Source: an uncultured Ignavibacteriales bacterium (GTDB lineage: Bacteria > Zixibacteria > MSB-5A5 > GN15 > FEB-12). Taken from it: a stretch of DNA of 64,000 nucleotides. The stretch is from positions 1,034,063 to 1,098,062 of the forward strand of contig CAZILL010000001.1 in assembly GCA_964540105.1 (NCBI GenBank). Reading direction: 5' to 3'. Positions 15,802 through 26,114 of this stretch are shown piece by piece (within the stretch, counting starts at the first letter, position 1; the number at the start of each line of letters is the position of its first letter). The notes beneath the pieces were generated by a model. That model was not told the DNA's origin, did not search any database, and saw only the letters and a list, made by a program, of their open reading frames with translations. Both the position numbers and the translations under genes were made by a program.

Positions 15802-17124
15802 TCATTCCTGATCGGCGAACGGCGCCTTTGCTGGAGAGAGCGCATATCCCTCCGAACGGGCAACGTAGGTGGCCGCAGTGATATCCCCGGTGACATTGAG
15901 TGTAGTGCGGCACATGTCGAGGATTCGGTCCACGCCCAGGATAACCGCGATCAGCGCCGGGTTCACACCGATTGTCGACAAGACAACAATAATGAACGGC
16001 ATCGATCCGGATGGTACGCCGGCGGTTCCGATTCCGCCGAGGATAGCCAGGTAGGCGACGACGATCTGCTGCCCCACGCTCAGATCGACCCCCGATAACT
16101 GAGCCAGGAACAGCACGGTCACCCCTTCATAGAGGGCGGTTCCGTTCTGATTGGCGGTGGCGCCGATAGTGAGAACGAAGTTGTTGATCTCCTTGGGTAC
16201 GCCGAGATTCCGCTCGGTTTCGGCAAGTGCAGTGGGGAGGGTAGCGTTAGAGGATGACGTCGAGAAGGCGGTCAGCATGACGGTCTTGATCCGCCGGAAA
16301 AAATCGATTGGGTTCAGTCGCGACAAGAAATAGACAGAGAGAGAGTAGACTCCGAACATATGCAGCGATAGCCCCAGCAGAACAGTCAGAATGAACCAGC
16401 CCAGGGCGGCGAGAAGGTCGACCCCGAACTGGGCCACGTTGTTGAACAACAGGCAGGCGACCGCGAATGGCGCGAACCGCATGATCAGATCGATCAGTTT
16501 GGCGGAGAGCGCAAAGAGGGCCTCCATGGCGCCCACAAACGGCGCTGCCACGCCCGCTGACACCAGTGTCGCCGCGATTCCGAGCGCCAACGCGAAGAAC
16601 ATCAAGTGCAGCATATTGGGCGTTTCGCTTGCGATGGCGGATAGCGGGTTGGATGGCACTATGGTCTTTACGGCCTGCATGAACGGAGATTCGTCTGATA
16701 ACTTGCTCAGAGCCCCTATGCGGCGGGACGCCTCAGTGCCATAGCGTTGCTCCAAAGCTTCAGCTGTGCTCTGGTCGACTCGTGAGCCGGGTTTGATTGT
16801 GTTCGCGAGGGTCAGACCGATCACGACGGAAATAGCCGAGATGACGAGAGTGTAGAGAAAGGACTTTAGTCCGACCCGACCCAGGGTTCGCAAGCTGCCA
16901 ATCCCAGCCACGCCGACTACAAGGGAGGAAAACACGAGCGGCACAACGATCATCAGGAGCAGGCGCAGGAAGAGCTGACCGATCGGTTCGGTTATCTGGC
17001 GGATAATCCAGATCACCGAGGAATTGCCGCCCCCCGCTGTCAGATTGACAGTGAGGCCGGCCGCAACGCCAACGACAAGTCCATAGAAGATTTTGGCATG
17101 GAGCGGACGTTTCGGGACAGACAT
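15802..17124 (-). CDS. Dicarboxylate/amino acid:cation symporter (DAACS family)
   Basis: The conserved blocks STSSSNATLPTAL and ATANQNGTALYEGVTVLFLAQ are present. I placed the start at MSVPKRPLHAKIFYGLVVG (ATG 17124). The ORF-track extension to 17340 adds 72 non-hydrophobic residues atypical for the family. Confidence 0.8.
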   Translation of the reverse strand: MSVPKRPLHAKIFYGLVVGVAAGLTVNLTAGGGNSSVIWIIRQITEPIGQLFLRLLLMIVVPLVFSSLVVGVAGIGSLRTLGRVGLKSFLYTLVISAISVVIGLTLANTIKPGSRVDQSTAEALEQRYGTEASRRIGALSKLSDESPFMQAVKTIVPSNPLSAIASETPNMLHLMFFALALGIAATLVSAGVAAPFVGAMEALFALSAKLIDLIMRFAPFAVACLLFNNVAQFGVDLLAALGWFILTVLLGLSLHMFGVYSLSVYFLSRLNPIDFFRRIKTVMLTAFSTSSSNATLPTALAETERNLGVPKEINNFVLTIGATANQNGTALYEGVTVLFLAQLSGVDLSVGQQIVVAYLAILGGIGTAGVPSGSMPFIIVVLSTIGVNPALIAVILGVDRILDMCRTTLNVTGDITAATYVARSEGYALSPAKAPFADQE

Positions 17125-17363
17125 CTGTGGAAGATCATTCGACTCTGAGCGGTCAGTCAAGAGATATTGCGTGAGCGGACATCTGGATTGAAGACAAGAC
17201 TCCCGATAGAGTGTCTGCTTCGGGAGCATGATCCCCGAGGTATTCGCGGCGCAGCTTCTGCCCTTGACATGAGCGACCATGATCATATATTGGATTGATT
17301 GCTCCAAGAGACATATGTCTCTGTTAGGTAAAGACGACAACCGCAGAACGAGAGGACTTTCCT

Positions 17364-19721
17364 ATGCGCTTGAGATTAATCCTGATCGCTACGGCAACAC
17401 TGGCCTTAGCCGGTCCCGCGATAGCCGATGATCTGTACAAGGTGTCTGTCAGCAACGCAAATGAGGCTCGTCGCCTTGCGGCCACCAGCGCCGAGGCGCT
17501 GATTCGGTTAGATGACGGATATCTGGTGCTAATTTCTCCTGACGATCTCGGGTCGATCGGCGAGAGCGGCCTTACTTTTGCGCTGATCGCCCGCAACGTC
17601 GATCGGGAGAGGCTGGCAGTTGATAACCGGCTTGATCGGGCCAATGTTTCGCGGTTTACACTTCTCCATGAACAGGGGAATTTCCGGCTGTACTCTCTGG
17701 ACCGGCCACTTTCGTTCTACCGTGGGATTGAGCCTGAAGTGTCCGCAATATCAGCGGAGCCGCTTGCGATCAGCTTCCCGCAACCGGGAGCCTCACCCGC
17801 GGAGTTGATAGCACAGCTGTCGACGACCGATATTCCGCTCCTGACCTTGATTTCCGGCGTGCGCCAGGACTCCTTAACGTCGTATGCCAGCCGCCTTCAG
17901 GCCTACTACCGACGACCGGCAGGCACCGATTCGAACTATGCATCGCGAGATTGGATCGCCGCCCGATTCACGGCGTTCGGCTATGATTCGGTTGTGGTAG
18001 ATAGCTTCACGACGACCATCGGCGGGCTCTCGACCCCGTGCCAGAATGTGCTGGCGTATAAGATTGGGACAGTCTATCCAAATCATCAAGTGATCATTGG
18101 GGCGCATCGGGATGGCGTAGCGGCGTCCCCCGGCGCCGATGACAACGGCTCCGGAACGGCGGCTGTTCTTGAGGTGGCGCGTGTACTCAAAGATGTTCCC
18201 ACCGATGTCACTGTGATCTTTTCGCTGTACGATGCCGAGGAGAATGGGCTACTCGGTTCGGCGGATTATGTGCGACGCGCCTACACCCGCGAGGACAGCA
18301 TCGTGTATATGCTCAACATGGATATGATCGCTCAGGCAACCAACCTCGATTCGGCCAATATCTACCACGGCGCCGCGCTCCAGTACTCGAATCTTTGGAT
18401 AAAGCTGGCTGACTCGCTTGCGGGCATCACCAAGGGGGTCCTCAAAGGGACCAGCGGCGGCTCGGATCATTATCCGTTTCAACAGAAGGGGTACGAAGTC
18501 AGCTTTGTGCAGGAGGGAGTCTTTTCGACCGTTTATCATACCTACCGGGACAGCACGTCGTTCATGGATTTCGAATACATGACGCGCATGGTTCAGGCAT
18601 CACTGGCCACCGCCTATACGGTCAGCCAGTCATTTGCACCCGCGGCAACCCTGGTACTCAATTATTCAGCGGGGTATCCGGTCATGCTTACCCCCGGCGC
18701 AGCAGCCGCGGTCGAAATCAACATAGCCGCCTTCTATGGGGCGTCTGTCGCTCCCGGGTCGGTCACGTTGAACTACAGAATCGAGAATGGATCATGGCTG
18801 CAAAGCGCAATGAACCCGGGGGGGATCGGCTATTCTGCCTCGTTACCGGGACTCGCCTGTCTTGAACGAGTTCAGTACTATGTCAGCGCTCAGGATCAGA
18901 CCACGAGCCAGATGTACTACGCTCCCTCAGCCAACGATCCGATCAAGGCCTGGGCCGCTTCGAGCAAGACGACAATCTTCTCCGATAACTGTAACACCGA
19001 TCTCGGATGGACTGTCGGGGGGTACTGTGTCGACGGACCCTGGACTTTGGGGGTGCCGGTTGGTCTGGGGGACCGCGGGGATCCGCCCACAGCGTTTGGG
19101 GGCGCCGGTTCCTGCTGGCTGACGGACAATGTCTATGGCAACTCCGACGTCGACAATGGAAACACGACGCTGATGTCGCCCAAGTTTTCGGCTGACGTGA
19201 CAACCCGAGTTGAATATGCAGTCTGGTATTCGAATGATTTCGGGGCGGCTCCACTCACCGACGCCTTCAAGGTATACATCTCCAACAATAACGGCATGTC
19301 ATGGACATTGGCCAACTCGATCGGTCCGGTCTTTCACGCCAGCGGGGGGTGGTATGTCTATTCGCTCTGGGTGAAGGACTATCTCACGCCGACTTTGGAC
19401 ATGCGTTTGATGTTCGAGGCGGACGATCTTGGTTCTGGTTCAGTGGTCGAAGCTGGACTGGATAACATTATAGTCGAGAAATTCGCCTGTGCCCCCCCGC
19501 CGTGCTGTGTTGGCACAACGGGCAACACCGACGGTTCGACCGACGACGTAGTTGATATCTCCGATGTCTTTGCGCTCGTCGACTACCTGGGGGCGAGCAT
19601 TCCGCTTGCCGATTGCCCAGAGGAAAATGATGTCAATACTGACGGTCCCGTGGACATCTCTGATATGTTTGCCTTGATCGATTATCTTGGCGGAACAGCG
19701 GTATTGCCCCCATGTCCGTAA
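17364..19721 (+). CDS. Secreted M28-family zinc aminopeptidase with a C-terminal 72-aa dockerin-like module
   Basis: A signal peptide is present. The M28 metal-ligand blocks GAHRDGV..GADDNGSGTAAVLE, YDAEENGLLGS and GGSDHYPF are all present. The terminal sequence reads CCVGTTGNTDGSTDDVVDISDVFALVDYLGASIPLADCPEENDVNTDGPVDISDMFALIDYLGGTAVLPPCP. Confidence 0.85.
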   Translation: MRLRLILIATATLALAGPAIADDLYKVSVSNANEARRLAATSAEALIRLDDGYLVLISPDDLGSIGESGLTFALIARNVDRERLAVDNRLDRANVSRFTLLHEQGNFRLYSLDRPLSFYRGIEPEVSAISAEPLAISFPQPGASPAELIAQLSTTDIPLLTLISGVRQDSLTSYASRLQAYYRRPAGTDSNYASRDWIAARFTAFGYDSVVVDSFTTTIGGLSTPCQNVLAYKIGTVYPNHQVIIGAHRDGVAASPGADDNGSGTAAVLEVARVLKDVPTDVTVIFSLYDAEENGLLGSADYVRRAYTREDSIVYMLNMDMIAQATNLDSANIYHGAALQYSNLWIKLADSLAGITKGVLKGTSGGSDHYPFQQKGYEVSFVQEGVFSTVYHTYRDSTSFMDFEYMTRMVQASLATAYTVSQSFAPAATLVLNYSAGYPVMLTPGAAAAVEINIAAFYGASVAPGSVTLNYRIENGSWLQSAMNPGGIGYSASLPGLACLERVQYYVSAQDQTTSQMYYAPSANDPIKAWAASSKTTIFSDNCNTDLGWTVGGYCVDGPWTLGVPVGLGDRGDPPTAFGGAGSCWLTDNVYGNSDVDNGNTTLMSPKFSADVTTRVEYAVWYSNDFGAAPLTDAFKVYISNNNGMSWTLANSIGPVFHASGGWYVYSLWVKDYLTPTLDMRLMFEADDLGSGSVVEAGLDNIIVEKFACAPPPCCVGTTGNTDGSTDDVVDISDVFALVDYLGASIPLADCPEENDVNTDGPVDISDMFALIDYLGGTAVLPPCP

Positions 19722-19817
19722 ACTAAAAGTAGTTGCGACACGCGCATGATGGAGCATATTTGTCTCCAGTCTCAGCGATTGGAAGTCGATAATAGACAGA
19801 GATAAGGAGATGAGAAT

Positions 19818-20489
19818 ATGTCCATGAACAGAGTTGTGTTACTTTGCCTGCCGCTCTTGTTGGCGGTTACGGCCAAGGCTCAGGTTTCGGCGGGGATTTC
19901 GATCACCGATGAAGGTGTCAAGAGCTTCTACCTCGCCATCGGTCAGACCTACCGCGTTCCGGAGCGGGAAGTAGTGGTCATCCGTGAGCGCCGAATTCCC
20001 GATGAGGAATTACCGGTTGTCTTCTTCATAGCTTCTCGGGCTCGTGTAAAGCCGGAAGTTGTGGTGGACCTTCGTCTTTCCGGGAAATCCTGGATGGACA
20101 TTACTCTTCATTACCATCTGCGTCCGTCAGTCTACTACATCGCTCTGGATTGCGATCCGGGGCCGGAATACGGGCGAGCCTACGGACACTGGAAACGTCC
20201 TCGAAAGGAATGGAACAGAATCCGATTTGAGGATGATGACATTGTCAAGATGGTCAACCTGCGGTTTGTCACAAATCACTATGGTCTCAAGCCGTCAGAA
20301 GTGATTCGACTTCGCGGCGAACATCGCGATTTTGTCAGGGTGAACCATGAGGTCTCAAGCGCGGAATACCGTTCCCGCCACGGGAAGTCGGAGAAACAGA
20401 GCGAGGGACGAGGTCACGACCGAGAGAACAAACATGGCAAAAAGAACGGCCATGGCAACGGTCATAAGGGGGAGAAGCACGACGACTAA
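19818..20489 (+). CDS. Secreted hypothetical protein with a His/Lys/Gly-rich tail
   Basis: AAGGAG RBS and a signal peptide (LLLAVTAKAQ). I recognised no family. The tail reads RHGKSEKQSEGRGHDRENKHGKKNGHGNGHKGEKHDD. Confidence 0.55.
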   Translation: MSMNRVVLLCLPLLLAVTAKAQVSAGISITDEGVKSFYLAIGQTYRVPEREVVVIRERRIPDEELPVVFFIASRARVKPEVVVDLRLSGKSWMDITLHYHLRPSVYYIALDCDPGPEYGRAYGHWKRPRKEWNRIRFEDDDIVKMVNLRFVTNHYGLKPSEVIRLRGEHRDFVRVNHEVSSAEYRSRHGKSEKQSEGRGHDRENKHGKKNGHGNGHKGEKHDD

Positions 20490-20570
20490 AGTCCGGCGCG
20501 ATCAATAAGCAGGGCTCTTGAAGCTTCCGGGCCGCGTTACGTAGAGCGCCGCCTTGGGGTCGTTACGGAG

Positions 20571-20896
20571 GGCCCGACCGAACGACGAATCTCCCCCTCA
20601 CCCGTCGCTCCGCGCCACCCTCTCCCTGACAGGGAGAGGGGAAGGGTGCGTGGGCGTTTTTCCTAACAGCTCCGTCACGCCTGCCCTTATTTCAACAGGG
20701 ATCAAGGCCCGACCGAACGACGAAGCTCGTCCCGACGGTGCGGGTCAGGTCACCCCAGTTGAAGCTGGGGCAGGCATTCCCATTTGAAGAAGGGACAGGA
20801 CCTGACCAAACGGTAAAGTTTCAACTGTGATGCCGTGACCCTCTCTCGATAATCTCAAGCTTCTTCCCCTCGCCCCGCTTGTGTGCGGGGAGAGGG
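20571..20896. repeat. Intergenic GC-rich hairpin / short direct-repeat cluster (REP-like)
   Basis: A 19-mer, ggcccgaccgaacgacgaa, occurs at 20571 and 20706. One hairpin is CCCTCTCCC-tgaca-GGGAGAGGG (20618-20640). A related hairpin is CCCTCGCCCCGC-ttgtgt-GCGGGGAGAGGG (20867-20896). Each hairpin is followed by AAGGGTG. The cluster lies between convergent genes. Confidence 0.55.
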
Positions 20897-20918
20897 ACCA
20901 AGGGTGAGGATCTGTCGA

Positions 20919-23423
20919 CTACGGACAGGCGGGAAGCGGTCTGCCGAGTACGAGATAGTTGACCAGAATGATGATGTCTATGATATCAACTCTCCCATCC
21001 CTGTTCACGTCTTCTTCCGCGACGCAGGATGACAATGGCCCCGATCCGAGAAGATATGACACCAGCGCCATAACATCCGAAAGGTCAGCAGTTTCCGCGA
21101 GATCGCCGTCGACGTTTCCGGTGACACCCACACAGCAGGAAGTATCAGCTCTGACCGGACTTAGCGCGTAGGGTGTCTCGAGAGGACCAAGTCCGACCTT
21201 GAGCGACCCGTAGTCGAATGCTGTCACGTTCACATAATATGGGACTAAGGGCAATAGGCCATCGATGGTGTAGTTATATTCGTAGTATTTCAGATAATTG
21301 TCATCGGTGAAATACATGGCTCGAGTGACTGAGTCGAGGATAGGAAATGAGAACGAAGTCGGGTCCCACCTCGCCTGCAGGAATGAGTCCGGCGGCTTCG
21401 GATGTGCCACGGTGTCAGGATAGATTTTGTGAATCCGTGTTGCCGACGGAGTAGATCGATTCGCTCCCTCGGGTTCGAAGTAAAAAACCGAATCCGCAAG
21501 GCCGATTCTGTTGTACGGATTGTTCTCATAGCGATGGGTCGAGTCATTGAAGAGCAGCATCGGATCCCAGTTGGGGTCACCGATCGGTCCATACAGATCG
21601 CGCAGCTGTTGGAGTGTGAACGGTGAGTCGCGCAGGACCCATTGCCCGTTCCCGAATGTCCATTTCCTGAAATCGAGTCTGTCGTAGCTTTCCAGTTTGC
21701 TGAAACTGGAGGGTTGAAGGTCACGAGACAGATAGACGTTGTACCCCTCAAAATCCCGCTCTCGGGAGAACTCGTCGAGGCCAGTTTCCGATTTTGCACC
21801 GTTGAACCTAACCCGTATTCTCCAGTAGAGACTTCCGTCTATGTATGTCGAGCCGTTGCCCCACACTTTGGGGGCATTCGGCGGTCGGGGACCTTTGAAA
21901 TCCGGTACGCCGTCCCCCTCCTGCCACAAAGTGTCATATCTGGCAGATACAGAATCGTAACAGATTCGATACTTACCGGCATACCCGTCGCTGTCGGTGT
22001 CGACTCCCGGATTGTCGTACATCCATGACGCCCACGCGGAGTTAAGACCAAGATCGGTGAAGTCGAGATTATCGTAATATGCTGACGGATTTCCCGCGAG
22101 GAGGTTGATCCTGTAGTTGTTGGGATCGGTATGAAAATCCTCTCCGGCTATGTATACAAAAGAGAGCGGCAGCTCCTGTCCCGGACTGATATCGAACGGA
22201 CCAACCGAGAGCAGGTAGCGAACGTCTGCGCCCAGGGCAGCCCCGAGGGTAACAGGTGAACTCGGAGGGACCCAGATGGAATCAGTGGGTGAGATGGTTC
22301 CAGTCATTATCTGGTCATAGTCGATTTCCCGGTTACGCAGCAGGTGGTATTTGTTTGCATCACCTGCTGGAACGCCCAACCCCCCTGTGGGTCCCATGGG
22401 ACGTAATTTCGCCCGTGTCTGGGGACCGAAATCACCCAAATCGGGAAACCACCAGTTAAAGGAGAGAGCAGATGATTCGAGGGGAGTGCGTATGAAACGG
22501 GTAGCTGTCACGTGAGGCACTGACCTGGATGCATGAAGGTCCCCACCTACCGGATCGCCGTCATTGTCAAAGATATACGCGATGTTCACAGTATCTTGGA
22601 AGTTACAGCTTCCCGAAAATCCGCTGGGAGTCGGGAGATCGCGGCGGAAACCGGCGTGGTCATCGTGGGCACCTAAACTGCCGTCAACCCCCCGCCCGTA
22701 CACGTCGCCATCGACGCAGATCCCCATGTAGAAATCGCGAAGTTCGTTCTGCTGAATGTTCCTGATACGATAGTCGAAAAGAACAAAGTCCTCGGCGTAA
22801 GGGAGGGCCCAAGCGTAGCTGCTCTGCGTGATTTCGATCCCCAGTGGTCTGTGACGTCGCCCCGAGACTGCGTCAGGTTGGAGTGAAACACCGTTTCTCG
22901 ACACTGTAAAGGTATCAGTGTGTTTCGAAATAAAATCCTGATCCGAGACAGCTTGAGGGTGGTAGGAAGGATCGCTCGGATTCGAAGAGCGCTTCACTAT
23001 ACTGCCGAAAGGACTCTCGTCGGGGTAAACCTCGAACATATTAGGTGTCCAGCCGTCGGCGCCGGTCGATACGAGCGTATCTTGGCCGACCAGAGCCCCA
23101 AACCAAAAGAGCCCCGCAAACAGATAGCGTGATCCGGATCCCTTGGGGAACTCGCAGGGGGGAACCTTCAAGCCAGTGAATGGATCGATATCTCCGCCGC
23201 CACTGCCGTACGCTCCAAACAGACCGTGGTTCGAAATCGTCAAGACGATCCTGCCGACATTGTGGACTGCCGATTGGAGCAGGATCGACGCCGGAGACAT
23301 GACCGCCTCGTTCGTCAGTTTCTCTCGTAGGTCCTCGAATTTGGCGCGGGCCGATACAGTGCCGACACATGGCAGAAAGATTAGCGCCGCGAGCATGCTG
23401 AGTCGAACTGTTCTGAAAACCAT
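20919..23423 (-). CDS. Secreted hypothetical protein (834 aa) with a C-terminal 72-aa dockerin-like module
   Basis: GGAGGA RBS and a signal peptide (LIFLPCVGTVSA). I recognised no catalytic family in the body. The terminal sequence reads CCVGVTGNVDGDLAETADLSDVMALVSYLLGSGPLSSCVAEEDVNRDGRVDIIDIIILVNYLVLGRPLPACP. Confidence 0.75.
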   Translation of the reverse strand: MVFRTVRLSMLAALIFLPCVGTVSARAKFEDLREKLTNEAVMSPASILLQSAVHNVGRIVLTISNHGLFGAYGSGGGDIDPFTGLKVPPCEFPKGSGSRYLFAGLFWFGALVGQDTLVSTGADGWTPNMFEVYPDESPFGSIVKRSSNPSDPSYHPQAVSDQDFISKHTDTFTVSRNGVSLQPDAVSGRRHRPLGIEITQSSYAWALPYAEDFVLFDYRIRNIQQNELRDFYMGICVDGDVYGRGVDGSLGAHDDHAGFRRDLPTPSGFSGSCNFQDTVNIAYIFDNDGDPVGGDLHASRSVPHVTATRFIRTPLESSALSFNWWFPDLGDFGPQTRAKLRPMGPTGGLGVPAGDANKYHLLRNREIDYDQIMTGTISPTDSIWVPPSSPVTLGAALGADVRYLLSVGPFDISPGQELPLSFVYIAGEDFHTDPNNYRINLLAGNPSAYYDNLDFTDLGLNSAWASWMYDNPGVDTDSDGYAGKYRICYDSVSARYDTLWQEGDGVPDFKGPRPPNAPKVWGNGSTYIDGSLYWRIRVRFNGAKSETGLDEFSRERDFEGYNVYLSRDLQPSSFSKLESYDRLDFRKWTFGNGQWVLRDSPFTLQQLRDLYGPIGDPNWDPMLLFNDSTHRYENNPYNRIGLADSVFYFEPEGANRSTPSATRIHKIYPDTVAHPKPPDSFLQARWDPTSFSFPILDSVTRAMYFTDDNYLKYYEYNYTIDGLLPLVPYYVNVTAFDYGSLKVGLGPLETPYALSPVRADTSCCVGVTGNVDGDLAETADLSDVMALVSYLLGSGPLSSCVAEEDVNRDGRVDIIDIIILVNYLVLGRPLPACP

Positions 23424-23704
23424 ACTATCCTCCGCGTACTTCGTTCACCGACAATACTAAGGTCGGTTGAAGAGTATCCCAGGGAGCGGTCGCAACGTGT
23501 ACCGACCTATCTTACATTATCCATGAACTGACGAATTGTCAAGGAATCTTGTGCAATGCTTGGTGTGAGATCGGGGTAGTAACAAATGTCATCGACCGGC
23601 GTCGGAGCTGCTCGCACCACTTCTAAACAGCAAGAAGAGCGCAGAAAACAAGTTGAACAATCCTGACCCGGATATATCTTGAAGGATAGAAAGAGGTATT
23701 CAGC

Positions 23705-24799
23705 ATGACCAAAGCTATCGAGGACAGATTTCGATCCTTGTCGTTTCTGATCGGCAATACGCCTTTGCTTGAAATTCAGTTTCGGCGAGCCGGTGTTGGA
23801 CGGCGCGTTTTCGCCAAGGCCGAGCATCTCAACATGACTGGAAGCATCAAGGATCGGATGGCGTTGCACATCCTGGAACGAGCTTATTCTGCAGGAACGC
23901 TCAAACCGGGGGACACGATTGTCGAGGCGACCAGTGGAAACACCGGAATTTCCTTTGCTGCCATCGGGCGCGCCTTAGGGCATCCGGTTACTATCTTCAT
24001 GCCGGACTGGATGAGCCGGGAGCGGGTGGACCTGATTCAGAGTCTGGGGGCGAGGATTCGTCCGGTGACGAAGGAAGAAGGGGGCTTTCTGGGGAGCATT
24101 CGTCAGGCCGAGGAGTTAGCCAAAGGATCGCAGAATCATTTCCTCCCCAGGCAATTCTCCAATAGCGGCAACACCGAGGCACACGAACTGACCACCGGTC
24201 CCGAGCTCTGGTGGCAGTTGAATTTCAATGACCTGATTCCCGATGCCTTCGTGGCCGGAGTAGGCACCGGGGGGACAGTTATGGGGGTAGGCAACTATCT
24301 TCGTACCCAGAACCCGTCAACGCGAGTTCACCCGATGGAGCCCTCCAACTCACCCACGCTTCGCACCGGGCGCAAGATCGGGCATCATCGGATTCAGGGA
24401 ATTTCTGATGAGTTCATTCCACCCATTCTGGACCTGAACGCGCTCGATCCGGTTATTGACGTAGCTGACGGCGACGCCATTCTGATGGCACAAAAACTCG
24501 CACAGAACCTCGGGCTGGCGGTTGGCATTTCATCGGGGGCGAACTTTCTCGCGGCAGTGTTGATTCAGGACGAATTGTCGCCGTCGTCAGTAGTGGTGAC
24601 CGTCTTCCCCGACGACAACAAGAAGTACTTGAGCACGGATTTGCTGCGTGAAGAACCAATCAAGCCGGACTACATCTCGCCAGAAATAGAGCTGACTGGG
24701 TTTCTTGCTCATAAGAGGGTATGCCACACTTGCTGTGATTACCGGAATTGTGCCGAGCGAAAGAACGCGGGCCTGATTACGCTGACCGGCTGCAAATGA
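23705..24799 (+). CDS. Cysteine synthase / PLP-dependent beta-substituting enzyme (CysK/CysM/CBS family) with a Cys-rich tail
   Basis: IGNTPLLEI, the PLP-lysine block [17 protein letters not shown] and GVGTGGT are all present. An extra C-terminal segment of about 45 aa ends [29 protein letters not shown]. Confidence 0.8.
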   Translation: MTKAIEDRFRSLSFLIGNTPLLEIQFRRAGVGRRVFAKAEHLNMTGSIKDRMALHILERAYSAGTLKPGDTIVEATSGNTGISFAAIGRALGHPVTIFMPDWMSRERVDLIQSLGARIRPVTKEEGGFLGSIRQAEELAKGSQNHFLPRQFSNSGNTEAHELTTGPELWWQLNFNDLIPDAFVAGVGTGGTVMGVGNYLRTQNPSTRVHPMEPSNSPTLRTGRKIGHHRIQGISDEFIPPILDLNALDPVIDVADGDAILMAQKLAQNLGLAVGISSGANFLAAVLIQDELSPSSVVVTVFPDDNKKYLSTDLLREEPIKPDYISPEIELTGFLAHKRVCHTCCDYRNCAERKNAGLITLTGCK

Positions 24800-24881
24800 T
24801 CGGGTTTTGCGCAGGCGTGTGAGCTGTGTGAGCGGGAACGTTTTTGTTGAACTGCGTCCACACGTGTCATAGACTCACCAA

Positions 24882-26114
24882 GTGAAAAGTCGCTATGTGT
24901 CTTCAACGACTCCAGCTAATGTTGTCGCAGTCCCCCGCGACGAGAGACCGAGCAAGGTCCTGCCGTATGGGCGCCAGCAGATAACCGAGGAGGATGTACA
25001 GGCGGTTGTCGAGGCGCTTCGATCTGACTGGTTGACCCAGGGGCCGACCATTGAACGTTTTGAGCGCGCCGTTGCCAAGTACTGTGGTTGCAAGCATGCC
25101 GTGGCCACCAATAGCGCCACCTCGGCGCTCCATATTGCCGCGCTGGCAAGCGGACTTGGTGGTGGCGACAGGCTCTGGACTTCCCCAAATACGTTTGTCG
25201 CGTCGGCCAATTGCGCCCTCTACTGCGGGGCGGAAGTGGACTTCGTCGACATAGACCCGCGCACTTACAACCTCAGTGTCAACGACCTCTCGGCAAGACT
25301 GGCGGGCGCCTCACGCAATGGCACGCTGCCGAAAGTGATCGTCCCGGTTCACTTTGCCGGTCAATCGTGTGAGATGTTGAAAATCGCCGAATTGGCCAGG
25401 GAGTACGGTGTCGTCCTCATCGAGGATGCCTCGCATGGTATTGGCGGGAGTTACTTGCGGACCAAAGTGGGGAGCTGCGCCTATTCGGATCTGGCCGTCT
25501 TCAGTTTCCATCCGGTCAAAATCATTACCACCGGCGAAGGGGGGCTGGTCCTCACGAATCGCGATGATCTCTCTACCAAGCTTCGGCTGTTGCGAAGTCA
25601 CGGCATTACTCGTTCCGAGGCGGAAATGGTCGGGTCGAGTCACGGTCCTTGGTACTATGAGCAGGTCGCCCTCGGCTACAACTATCGTATGACCGACATC
25701 GAGGCCGCTTTAGGGCTGAGTCAATTGCAACGAATCGACCAGATTGTGACACGCCGACAGGTCCTCGCGAAGCGATATGACGAGCTACTGTCGTCGTTAC
25801 CGGTCACGACTCCGTGGCAGCACCCGGACACGTGTTCTGCGTTTCATCTCTATGTCATCAGGCTAAGACGTGATTTGATCGAGAAGTCACATCGACAGGT
25901 GTTCGAAGAACTGCGAGCGGCCGGTATACTTGTCAATCTTCACTACATTCCGGTCCACACCCAGCCCTACTACCAGCGGCTTGGTTTCAAGGCGGGTCAG
26001 TTTCCGAACGCCGAGAATTACTATGCTGAAGCGATAACGCTTCCGCTGTACTTCGGTCTGACCGACTCGGAACAGGATTTCGTGGTAGCGCAACTGTCTC
26101 GTATACTCCTATGA
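24882..26114 (+). CDS. pseC: UDP-4-amino-4,6-dideoxy-N-acetyl-beta-L-altrosamine transaminase (DegT/DnrJ/EryC1 family)
   Basis: LPYGRQQITEEDVQAVVEALRSDWLTQGPTIERFE is the PseC-type N-terminus. The PLP-lysine block is FSFHPVKIITTGEGG. The other pse genes lie in the same locus. A GTG start is used (alternative GTG at 24897). Confidence 0.85.
   Translation: MKSRYVSSTTPANVVAVPRDERPSKVLPYGRQQITEEDVQAVVEALRSDWLTQGPTIERFERAVAKYCGCKHAVATNSATSALHIAALASGLGGGDRLWTSPNTFVASANCALYCGAEVDFVDIDPRTYNLSVNDLSARLAGASRNGTLPKVIVPVHFAGQSCEMLKIAELAREYGVVLIEDASHGIGGSYLRTKVGSCAYSDLAVFSFHPVKIITTGEGGLVLTNRDDLSTKLRLLRSHGITRSEAEMVGSSHGPWYYEQVALGYNYRMTDIEAALGLSQLQRIDQIVTRRQVLAKRYDELLSSLPVTTPWQHPDTCSAFHLYVIRLRRDLIEKSHRQVFEELRAAGILVNLHYIPVHTQPYYQRLGFKAGQFPNAENYYAEAITLPLYFGLTDSEQDFVVAQLSRILL

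Noticed and set aside
17125-17340. A 72-codon N-terminal extension of the DAACS symporter in the ORF track.
   Set aside because: The extension is non-hydrophobic, Cys/Ser/Gln-rich and unlike the family. MSVPKRPLHAKIFYGLVVG at 17124 is a normal DAACS N-terminus. I saw no clear SD for either start, so the boundary remains uncertain.
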